From: Ignavibacteriota bacterium | GTDB taxonomy: Bacteria > Bacteroidota > Ignavibacteria > UBA10030 > BY39 | DNA: 64,000 nt | Direction of reading: 5' to 3' | Assembly (NCBI GenBank): GCA_003327435.1 | Contig: QOQV01000011.1 | Location: 2,697-66,696, forward strand | Shown here: one piece after another, positions 51,032-58,927 of the stretch | Layout: each line of letters starts with the position of its first letter | Position numbering within the stretch: the stretch's first letter is position 1 | Notes under the pieces: generated by a model | Database searches by the model: none | Told to the model about the DNA's origin: nothing | What the model saw: only the letters and a program-made list of their open reading frames with translations | Made by a program: the position numbers and the translations under genes

Positions 51032-51644
51032 AATTAAACAGTCCATAAATGAATTTTCGATTATGATAAATATATGCAACTCCAGTCCATACAGTTAAAA
51101 TTGTTACCAGCAACATCATACCGAAAAGCACCTGCGGATGGAGCAAGTAATCAAGGTATGCATAAAATTCTGGAAAATCTTTTCGTACATAAGGTAGAGT
51201 TTTAGCAACATAAAGTACCAGTATATAGTAAATGACCAGATATTGAATAGTAGTTTTTGCTTTAGCGAGGTATGTTGTAATTATTGTTTGATTTTTAAGT
51301 TCGGCAATGGATCTAAGTAGAGTTATAGTAATATCGCGTATAATGATAATTATAACCATCCATAAATCTATAAGATTGAGGTAGGCGAAAGCAATAAGTG
51401 CAGTAGATGAGAGAATTTTATCGGCGAGTGGATCCATAAACATACCGAAACGGCTAACATTTCCGAATTTGCGTGCTGCCCAACCATCGTACCAATCCGT
51501 TAGTGCTGCAACAATAAAAACAGCGAGAGAAATTTGTTTATCTATTGATGAATCTGAAATAAATAGGAACAGGAAAATCGGTGTAAGTAAAATTCTGAGG
51601 AAAGTAAGAGAATTTGGTAATGTTATTGTATCATTATAATTCAT
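51021..51644 (-). CDS. pgsA: CDP-diacylglycerol--glycerol-3-phosphate 3-phosphatidyltransferase
   Basis: 207 aa. It has the CDP-alcohol phosphatidyltransferase motif D-x2-DG-x2-AR...G...D...D (TDWYDGWAARKF...GMFMDPLADKI). Confidence 0.9.
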   Translation of the reverse strand: MNYNDTITLPNSLTFLRILLTPIFLFLFISDSSIDKQISLAVFIVAALTDWYDGWAARKFGNVSRFGMFMDPLADKILSSTALIAFAYLNLIDLWMVIIIIIRDITITLLRSIAELKNQTIITTYLAKAKTTIQYLVIYYILVLYVAKTLPYVRKDFPEFYAYLDYLLHPQVLFGMMLLVTILTVWTGVAYIYHNRKFIYGLFNYGK

Positions 51645-51682
51645 ATCGAATAGATAAAGAAAAAAAATGATATATGCAAGTT

Positions 51683-51711
51683 AAAAAAAAGCCCAACTCA
51701 GTGGTTGGGCT
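51683..51711 (-). terminator. rho-independent terminator after rpmB
   Basis: On the minus strand, AGCCCAAC-CACTGA-GTTGGGCT (8-bp stem) is followed by TTTTTTTT. Confidence 0.8.
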
Positions 51712-51736
51712 AAAAAATAAAATTGAGAAATTTTAA

Positions 51737-51928
51737 TCAAGCAGCTTTTATGACTCTACCTTGTTTCAAGCAGCTTGCACAAACTTTTATACGAGTTGGT
51801 TTTCCATTAATATTTGCACGAACAGTTTGCAAATTTGGTAACCATCTTCTTCTTGTACGGTTATGAGCGTGACTGATATTGTTACCACTAAGTGGTTTTT
51901 TACCGCATATTTCGCATACTTTTGCCAT
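51737..51928 (-). CDS. rpmB: 50S ribosomal protein L28
   Basis: [34 protein letters not shown] is the canonical L28 sequence. I prefer the ATG at 51928. Confidence 0.95.
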   Translation of the reverse strand: MAKVCEICGKKPLSGNNISHAHNRTRRRWLPNLQTVRANINGKPTRIKVCASCLKQGRVIKAA

Positions 51929-52214
51929 ATTTTTATCTTTCAATGTGATTTAACTCTGAAAAATTGTGAAATAATATAGCAATTTTTAAGTTATTATGCA
52001 AAAAGTAAATTGATTCACGAAAAACCTACTCGAAATGATAATATTTTTTAATAAATGATTTGACTTTTACAAAACTATCCTTTTATATTATTTACTGGAA
52101 AATCTCCTTGTTCGCTTTTAGTAGGAAGATGCCTACATTGAGCTTCGTGCTCTTTAATTGGTTACAAAATGTAACGTGCGACGGTGAGGTTTTTCTATTT
52201 TTGTTTATTAGCCA

Positions 52215-52448
52215 AAGCCAACCGTGTTTGACCTCAGCAGCGACTTCGTTCGGGCGGTACGATTGCTGCCGTTCCACAACACCGGCCTGTGTGAGACCAG
52301 CCGGCGATGTGTTTAGCATGCTGAGTACTTCAGTGACTTCTACGCGTGCAGACTCTACCAGTTGAGGTGAAACGTCGATTCTGTTATTCCACTTCTTTGG
52401 CAGAATTGTAACTTGAGAAAGTGCAGTATCTACGATTGGTGCGGGCAT
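52215..52448 (-). pseudogene. truncated 5' fragment of a P-type (MgtA-like) cation ATPase
   Basis: The translation ...VEVTEVLSMLNTSPAGLTQAGVVERQQSYRPNEVAAEVKHGWLWL matches the cation-ATPase N-terminal domain pattern (compare E. coli MgtA ...HPEGLNQAEVESAREQHGENKLPAQQPSPWWVHLW). Similarity and the high GC (58% on line 52261-52320, hand-counted) both end at about 52215. The remaining >800 aa of an ATPase are absent. Confidence 0.6.
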
Positions 52449-52894
52449 CTTATTCTCTGGTTGTCTCTACAAATATATGCTTCGAGCAGGCGCAATTGCA
52501 CATAACTTGTGTAATAACGCAATATTGCATCTGTCAGCTGACGGATTATTCTTTTTTATCAATGTTAAATAAATCTTCTTTAAAAATCAAATGCAAATGA
52601 CTTATTTTCTTTCTAATTTGAGATTTAATAATATGTTTGAAAGTTTTTATCAATTTCAAACTTAACTATCCTATCATATATATGCTTAATACTATATTTG
52701 TCCAAATTCTTCCTCTGAATTGAACCAGTAAATAACCAAACAATTTTATATAACATGTGGCGTGTTTATACCACCCCGTTCCGCCGCTATAAACAAACTA
52801 ATTTCTCTGTTGCGAGGCGACATGGAGCAAACTCAATAATTCTCTTTCAACAAATGTGAATATCGTAATCACGCCTGTTAGTTGCAGTAGCCCG

Positions 52895-53611
52895 TCATCT
52901 CAATAGGATGAGTTTCTTGGTTTCAATGAATGAGCCAGCCTGCAAGCGATAGAAATAAACCCCACTGGGTAAACCTGCGGCATTCCATCGTGTTGAGTAT
53001 GTTCCCGCATTCAACTGCTCCGAAATAAGAGTTTCCACTTCCCTTCCCAACGCATCGAACACTTTCAGCGACACAAACGATTTTGTTGGGAGACTGAATG
53101 AAATCGTCGTCGCTGGATTAAACGCATTTGGGTAGTTCTGACCAAGACTGAACTACTTTGGCAAGTCAGTTTGAGGTCCTTCCACCGATGTGATCATCTC
53201 CGATAACGGTCGCCTCCAAAATATTTACTAAAACTCATAAAAGCTATAGAGTTACTTGATCATCTCCGACAATGGTCGCCTCCAAACCCCGCCACCAGAA
53301 GTCCCTGCAAAGAGGTTCGTGCCGGAGACGGCAAGGGCATGGACATGAGTGTTTGTCAAACCAGAATTGACCGCAGTCCAGCTTGTGCCGTTGTTGGTGG
53401 AAAGAAAGACCCCGCGAGAAGTCCCGGAAAAGAGGTTCGTACCGGAGATGGCGAAGCAATGGACATAATCATAGTAGGGTCCATTTGTCTGTATCCATTG
53501 AGCATGCAATATATTAGTAGTGATGAATACGCAAAACACCACAAAGATGGATCCCGCCTGCGTGTCAAGTCTGCCAAAAAGAGAGCGGATAAATCGGAAA
53601 ATGCTTTTCAT
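52895..53611 (-). pseudogene. decayed gene for a small secreted BNR/Ycf48-like-repeat protein with T9SS C-terminal sorting domain
   Basis: Everything lies in one frame. The N-terminus has a signal peptide and repeats (GTNLFSGTSRGVFLSTNNGTSW...GTNLFAGTSGGGVWRRPLSEMI). A 66-bp insert then carries three stop codons. After it comes WRRPLSEMITSVEGPQTDLPK-TAG-FSLGQNYPNAFNPATTISFSLP...GVYFYRLQAGSFIETKKLILLR, with an in-frame TAG at 53153-53155. GC is about 62% on line 53281-53340 (hand-counted). Confidence 0.65.
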
Positions 53612-53661
53612 GTGTTTCTCTTTTCGTAGAATAGTAAAGGGTAATTACAACTAACAGTCAC

Positions 53662-53770
53662 GTGTATGAGCAGTAGCGGATTTGTACCTACTAAACTGTC
53701 AAATAGCACTGACCTTTGATTAATGGTTTTATGTTTCAAAATAGCACTAAACCCGCTATTGCTTATACAC
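53662..53770. repeat. 18-bp imperfect inverted repeat enclosing a 73-nt spacer with an internal direct repeat
   Basis: GTGTATGAGCAGTAGCGG (53662-53679) pairs with CCGCTATTGCTTATACAC (53753-53770) at 16/18 positions. Both mismatches would be G-U pairs in a plus-strand RNA. TCAAA(A)TAGCACT occurs twice inside the spacer (about 53699 and 53737). Confidence 0.5.
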
Positions 53771-53812
53771 AATGTTGTGCACAGGCCATAAAATAACTAG
53801 TTTGAATTGATG

Positions 53813-56800
53813 TCATTTCTCATAAAACGGAACAATATCAACCTGCACAAAAGGTTCATAATGATTATTTCTCATTAATGCCCTTAGCGGTTTCTGGTTT
53901 GGAAGCATTTCCATTACTGCATTTTTCACTAATTTATCTGTAACCCCGAAGTTGTCGGCCATATATTTCGCATCTTCTCCTTCAAGTTGAAGCGCTAATT
54001 TTGTGCCCATATTTTCAAATACTACAGGAGCAAAGTCGCGCACACTTTGTGATGCAAGAATAAACCCAACCCCATATTTCCGTGCCTCACGAATTAGATC
54101 CGTTAATGTTTGATCGTAAGAAAGTTTGTGGGCTTCATCTATAACTACATATAGTTTTATCTGCTGGCTCGGTCCTTCTGAAAGCATACGATTGTAAACC
54201 GATTGCAAAATAAATCTTGCGACCGATTTCATTATTTCGGGTGTAGGCAAAGTGGAAAGATTAACAATTGAATTTTGATTTAACATTTCATCAATCGAAA
54301 AACTACCATCACTGGAAACAAAAATATTATTCTCAAACAATGGTTCAATTCTGTACTTAAGATTTCGGACATTCATTCCTTCGTTTTGCTCCATAAATTC
54401 AAGCACTTCCCAAATATCCTGGAAAGCAGGTGGTTCATTATCCCAAGTGCTTCTGTCATTTACTGAGAACCCTTTTTCATAATATACTCTTTTTAAGGCA
54501 TCTCTTAACAAGGCATGTTGGATGTCGCCAAGACTAAAAATTTCTTTTAAGATTCCAGATACCTGATGGACGTTGTTCATAAAACTCAATTTCTGTCCTT
54601 TATTCTTATCAGTCGAAAGCTCTAAAGGATTGATATTCATTCCCAAAGAAGGATCAAATTCCAGCGCTTTGGTCACGTCCATGAATGATTCATCTTTAGA
54701 GTTGGTTAATACCGAAGAAATATATTCACCCTGGAAATCCAGAATAAGGAAAGGGATTTTTTGATGGTTTAATTCGCAAAGAACTGAGCAAGTGGTTTGA
54801 GATTTACCAGCACCTGACTTACCCACTATCAACAAATGCTGGTTTGCCAACTTTTTGGGTTCTGTCTTAATAGGGTTAAACCACACATCCTTGCCATTAT
54901 CTACGTTTTTGCCCAATAAAATATTTAGCTTGGGTAATTCAGGATGAATGGGTTTAGTGTAATCTATTATGTTTTCAGATTCTGCTTCATTTTCTTTTTG
55001 TGAATTTTCAATTTCTTTTTCTGCCTTTTCTTCATCTTTAATTTTATACTGCTTTTCGCTTACTTCTTTTCCCAAAGAACTGTCAATCGCTGGTTCTGGT
55101 GTTAGCGCTTCTGCTGGATTTTCTTTTTCAACATCTTCAATCTCGGTTTCACGGATTTCAAGCAATTCCACAATATCCTCGTGACCAAGTTCATAAATGA
55201 GATTGCCTTTGTAATTGTCAACCGGTTTAGTGTTGCCTGCCCAATGAATGATATAACCCGATTTTTCGAATGAAACATTAAAATCACCTAGACTAATCTT
55301 ATTTATCATATTGGTTAAACCGGATGCATTGCTACAAAAACCGTTACGAATGGCACGTTCAAGGTAAAAGCCGATTAAAGTGGATAGTGATTTATTGGCT
55401 AATTGCAAATCGATTTTGGGATTTTCTGAATCTGAAATAAATTTCGTACGGAAAGCCTGTTCAGAGTTCTCATTCTTTTTGAAAATCTCTTCTTTAAGCG
55501 CCAGACTCTCTGAAATACTTCCTTCTCCGGATCGGAACTTTACTTCAATAAATTGCAAATTCAGTCTATTGTTCTGGGTAGAGACCAAAATCAAATCACT
55601 TCTCTTTACAGTAACTTCATCCTCAATACTGCGCCTCTTGTTTTCGGCAAAAATATCAACGTGCGTATCCACAGGGATGAGAACTGCATTCTGCAATAGT
55701 CCGTCCCGTTCAAGTGCAAGACGAGTAATCGCCAGGCCGATAATCTCTCTGACGTTGTTCGGATTGTTGATTAATTTTAAGGCAAGTTTACCGGAAATAG
55801 ACTTAATAATATCAAGTATCTTGATCGCACGGAAGGATGACGTTGGAATGTGTATTTTCTTTAACCCATCTTCAATGAGTTTCTCAATTTCAGTCACCCA
55901 ACCGGTAGAAACAATCAACCGGTGACCAACTCCATCCATAAATTCCGGTGTATAATCAATCAGGTAACTTTTAAGATTTGGATTGGCGCCTGCCGGATTA
56001 TCAAAATACTCAATGCCAAAATTACGGTCGATGGTGAAAACCCAATCCGACATTTCGTGTATCTGGGTAAGAATGTGCTTATCCTGTTTATTCAATTCCA
56101 ATTGGATGGTTGGCAAATGGTCTGTTGATTTTCCCCAGTCAAAATAAGCACAACTTAATCCAAGAAGATTCTTGCCGTGGTGATAAATTAAATTAGCAAT
56201 TTCTTCTCCTTCAATTATTTCCCGAGTTTGGGAAGGAATGACTTTTCTAGACCAGGTAATTGCTGAATCCATTATGTTAAACTCTGAGCGATATTCCGCC
56301 AACAAACCGTGGAGGAAATAACTACCGGGCAAATTACCAACCGGGCGCGATACCGTTGTTGTTACAAACTGATCGATAATCACTGTAACATTGGCTTCTT
56401 TAAACTTGACTTCATCCCACTTATCCGGTTCCACGCGAACCTTTGAGAAGAATAATTTTGGAAATAACGGATTATGGCTTGGCTGCAAAAGTTCTTCATC
56501 CACTTCGGGACGCCTTTCCGTAGAATCGCTCTCGTTCATTAAAGTATCAAAGGCATTGCCCATTAATTCATAGCCCAAGGTGCCGTAAAAGGTAATGTCG
56601 TACCGTAGATGTTTGTATTCCTCAATTTTTTGCAATTCCCTAATGGTGTTTAAAAACAAAAGTCCATCACCGGGATTGATTACATTTATTTTTAAGGTTT
56701 TGATATATGGATGATGCCGTAAATACCGCCATAGACGGTCTGCGATTTGCTTGGGCGTAACTGAAGAAATGTTGCCTAAATCATCTTTGTAACCCAATGC

Positions 56801-58918
56801 TTTGGATAGCATTGCCACGACTTTCCTTATATCCTCAGTGGTACTCTTTGGGAATATGCTCCAATAGAGATCCAGCACATCGGTATTTACAAAGAATTGA
56901 TTCTTTTCAAAGGAAATGGCATTTGGTAAATTTAGTGGTAATATTTTATCAATTCCATCAATATCAATGGCTTTCCTGACCCCCTTTTCATCCATTCCAA
57001 TCATTTGGTCACTCCAGTTGAACAGCAGTATTTGATACTGAAGGAGCCACAGCATTTTGATAGGATGGGTAGGCATCATCAGAAGCACTTCTTCCGTCTC
57101 ATTTTCTGTCCCCATTTTAAGATAAACGGTGTCTAACCGATTTATTAAATGAGTATTCTCAAGCAGGTTATTGACCTCGGCATCGGTAGCAGATTGAATA
57201 GCATCACTGATTTTCTGTGTCAATTGTTGATATGACCTGGCGTAAGCCAGAATATGGTCTTTAAAATCCCGTAAATCAAGAATCTCTACCACAGCGGCAT
57301 CATCAAAAGAAGTGATAGCGTGAAACAGTTCCCGTCTGCTTTCCAGAAATTCATTGAAATCTTCTTTGAATGCAGATAGTTTTATTTTACCTGATTTGAA
57401 ATCGCCTTCTTCAATAAAACCGCGATTCAGAATATTGACATCCCACACTCCGCCTCCAAAGGGGTTTTGCAAGGTTTTTAGTTCCAAATCATAGAGCAGG
57501 TCATTCAATGCAATTTGATAAGTCTCTCTGTGGTTGGTCTTGATACGGTAAAGCAATTTACGCCCAGTTTCCCAGTTTCTGCTGACAATCTCAACTTCTT
57601 TACGGTATTTATAGGCGGTTTTTAATGTTGCCTCTGCAATATTCCTTATTTTATTGTAACGCTTGGATTCTTCCCCAATAGTGTCGGTGTCTTCTCCCCG
57701 CAGATAAAAGGGTTCGCTCGTGTCCTCGGCAATCTTGGCTTTGTTTTGGTCTAATGCGATAATGCGGATATGCACCAACCATTCTTCACCCTCTTCCAAA
57801 TCTACATCCTTAAACGGAAAAACCGCTTGCTCGCTACTGCCTTTGGCTAGTTTGCGGTGCAACTCGGTGCTGCTGTCGCTTTCTTCGTCTCGCTCCAAAA
57901 GCAATATGAATTGCGAAACCACTGCTGCTTTGCGTGGGCTGGTTTTCCATTTTATATGCAATTTGGTATTGGAAGTGGCTACCAGGTTATCCCCTTCCAA
58001 TTGCAGTTTGGTATAAGCCAACGGATTGCCGTCTTTATCGCGAAACGGCTCAATGTAAATTTCTACTTGCTCACCGGCAAGGTCTTTGAACTTCCATTTA
58101 TCAAAACTTATTTTTTTTCGCCATTCCTCTTCTGACAAAATGGATCTTGTCCAGGTTTTTACATCGTTAGGATTACGGATTAAGAAGAAATTTAAAAGAT
58201 GGGTCTTTATCTGATTATGATTAGTATCCAGCCCTTTATTGACCAACGCATCCAGGGCCAGAAAAACGGTTTGGTCGGGATTACTCAATTGTTCCACACA
58301 CTCGCGGTTGCGTAATAGCCGTGCCTGAATATCTTCTTCATTCAGTTTCAAGTCGGGGATGAGATTAACATAATGCAGATACGCACCAGCGGTTTCGTAG
58401 GTGCATTCATCTTTCTTTAGCGCCAGCAAATAACGGATTTGATTTTCGATACTCTGTTTGCTAACCGCGGATGACTCGAATATAGGCTTTAAAATCACCT
58501 GTTCTTCTTCAGTGAAGGAAGCAATCAATTGGTGCTTATGTTTGGCAAACACACCTGCCAGGTCGTAAGCCTCAAATGTATGAATGTCGTAACTATCTTC
58601 GGCTGCACCTGTAAAGCCCTGGGGAATAAAAATCACCAGCACGCCAAAATCCAGTCGGTTACGCAACTCTATTAGCCGTCCGCTTTCAATTTCGAAAGTG
58701 TCTTGAGCTTTATTGGTAAGAACATAGGCTTCCACTTCTTTTGTCTGCAACTCATTGTCGGCATTTAATTTTTGGCAAGTTTGTTTCATTACTGGTGTAG
58801 GCAGATAATCCACCCGCAGGCAGTGATTGCGCTGTTTGTTGAGCAATTTACCTTTTAGATCGTTGAATACTGCCTGGGCAATCTCTTCAAAAAAAATTTC
58901 TTGTGTAATCTCAATCAT
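53813..58918 (-). CDS. 1701-aa multidomain protein with a large unassigned N-terminal region, a PD-(D/E)xK nuclease-like motif, an acidic linker and a C-terminal HerA/FtsK (DUF87)-type P-loop ATPase; DptH-like architecture
   Basis: A single uninterrupted ORF. The motif SD(1108)LILVS...LQFIE(1125)VK(1127)F is encoded at about nt 55538-55597. Walker A is LLIVGKSGAGKSQT (nt 54800-54823). Walker B is LYVVIDEAHKL (about nt 54122-54154), followed by REARKYGVGFILASQSVRDF, which is typical of HerA/VirB4-like ATPases. It lies 9 nt downstream of hsdS. Confidence 0.6.
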   Translation of the reverse strand: MIEITQEIFFEEIAQAVFNDLKGKLLNKQRNHCLRVDYLPTPVMKQTCQKLNADNELQTKEVEAYVLTNKAQDTFEIESGRLIELRNRLDFGVLVIFIPQGFTGAAEDSYDIHTFEAYDLAGVFAKHKHQLIASFTEEEQVILKPIFESSAVSKQSIENQIRYLLALKKDECTYETAGAYLHYVNLIPDLKLNEEDIQARLLRNRECVEQLSNPDQTVFLALDALVNKGLDTNHNQIKTHLLNFFLIRNPNDVKTWTRSILSEEEWRKKISFDKWKFKDLAGEQVEIYIEPFRDKDGNPLAYTKLQLEGDNLVATSNTKLHIKWKTSPRKAAVVSQFILLLERDEESDSSTELHRKLAKGSSEQAVFPFKDVDLEEGEEWLVHIRIIALDQNKAKIAEDTSEPFYLRGEDTDTIGEESKRYNKIRNIAEATLKTAYKYRKEVEIVSRNWETGRKLLYRIKTNHRETYQIALNDLLYDLELKTLQNPFGGGVWDVNILNRGFIEEGDFKSGKIKLSAFKEDFNEFLESRRELFHAITSFDDAAVVEILDLRDFKDHILAYARSYQQLTQKISDAIQSATDAEVNNLLENTHLINRLDTVYLKMGTENETEEVLLMMPTHPIKMLWLLQYQILLFNWSDQMIGMDEKGVRKAIDIDGIDKILPLNLPNAISFEKNQFFVNTDVLDLYWSIFPKSTTEDIRKVVAMLSKALGYKDDLGNISSVTPKQIADRLWRYLRHHPYIKTLKINVINPGDGLLFLNTIRELQKIEEYKHLRYDITFYGTLGYELMGNAFDTLMNESDSTERRPEVDEELLQPSHNPLFPKLFFSKVRVEPDKWDEVKFKEANVTVIIDQFVTTTVSRPVGNLPGSYFLHGLLAEYRSEFNIMDSAITWSRKVIPSQTREIIEGEEIANLIYHHGKNLLGLSCAYFDWGKSTDHLPTIQLELNKQDKHILTQIHEMSDWVFTIDRNFGIEYFDNPAGANPNLKSYLIDYTPEFMDGVGHRLIVSTGWVTEIEKLIEDGLKKIHIPTSSFRAIKILDIIKSISGKLALKLINNPNNVREIIGLAITRLALERDGLLQNAVLIPVDTHVDIFAENKRRSIEDEVTVKRSDLILVSTQNNRLNLQFIEVKFRSGEGSISESLALKEEIFKKNENSEQAFRTKFISDSENPKIDLQLANKSLSTLIGFYLERAIRNGFCSNASGLTNMINKISLGDFNVSFEKSGYIIHWAGNTKPVDNYKGNLIYELGHEDIVELLEIRETEIEDVEKENPAEALTPEPAIDSSLGKEVSEKQYKIKDEEKAEKEIENSQKENEAESENIIDYTKPIHPELPKLNILLGKNVDNGKDVWFNPIKTEPKKLANQHLLIVGKSGAGKSQTTCSVLCELNHQKIPFLILDFQGEYISSVLTNSKDESFMDVTKALEFDPSLGMNINPLELSTDKNKGQKLSFMNNVHQVSGILKEIFSLGDIQHALLRDALKRVYYEKGFSVNDRSTWDNEPPAFQDIWEVLEFMEQNEGMNVRNLKYRIEPLFENNIFVSSDGSFSIDEMLNQNSIVNLSTLPTPEIMKSVARFILQSVYNRMLSEGPSQQIKLYVVIDEAHKLSYDQTLTDLIREARKYGVGFILASQSVRDFAPVVFENMGTKLALQLEGEDAKYMADNFGVTDKLVKNAVMEMLPNQKPLRALMRNNHYEPFVQVDIVPFYEK

Positions 58919-58927
58919 AATTTTTTC

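Noticed and set aside
52060-52365. A plus-strand ORF (101 aa) overlaps the ATPase fragment. ORFs at 53244..53459, 53339..53629 and 53356..53577 overlap the T9SS-tailed pseudogene.
   Set aside because: These are alternative-frame or antisense readings of high-GC remnants, and high GC suppresses stop codons. Only the frames reported as pseudogenes show family-specific sequence.
52449-52620. A Mg2+ (M-box) riboswitch or other leader might lie upstream of the MgtA-like fragment.
   Set aside because: Reading the minus strand, I could not find the conserved M-box core sequences or a convincing multi-helix structure. Only a 10-bp palindrome (GTCAGCTGAC) and a promoter-like TATATTTG are present. An Infernal scan would be needed to exclude it formally.
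52870-53668. An imperfect inverted repeat flanks the T9SS-tailed pseudogene and could be the terminal inverted repeats of a mobile element. The left arm is CACGCCTGTTAGTTGCAGTA at ~52870-52889. On the right, the reverse complement of ~53645-53667 reads CACGTGACTGTTAGTTGTAATTA.
   Set aside because: Only about 10 contiguous matching bases (CTGTTAGTTG) are present, with gaps around them. There is no transposase and no target-site duplication. Such a short match may arise by chance in 64 kb.
51944-53812. A tRNA gene, integrase or att direct repeats might mark the island boundary.
   Set aside because: I found no cloverleaf-compatible sequence (no GTTCGAATC-like T-arm with matching acceptor stems), no recombinase-like ORF and no obvious direct repeat within the window. 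The far boundary of the island lies outside the window, so att sites cannot be assessed.
55380-55925. A long plus-strand ORF (181 aa) lies inside the 1701-aa gene. Similar antisense ORFs occur at 60730..61146, 57720..58016, 36165..36560, 13459..13947, 12183..12548, 18424..18789 and 19295..19627.
   Set aside because: All lie wholly within, and antisense to, much longer ORFs with clear family motifs. Their products are low-complexity Ser/Leu/Phe-rich shadow translations with no recognisable motifs.
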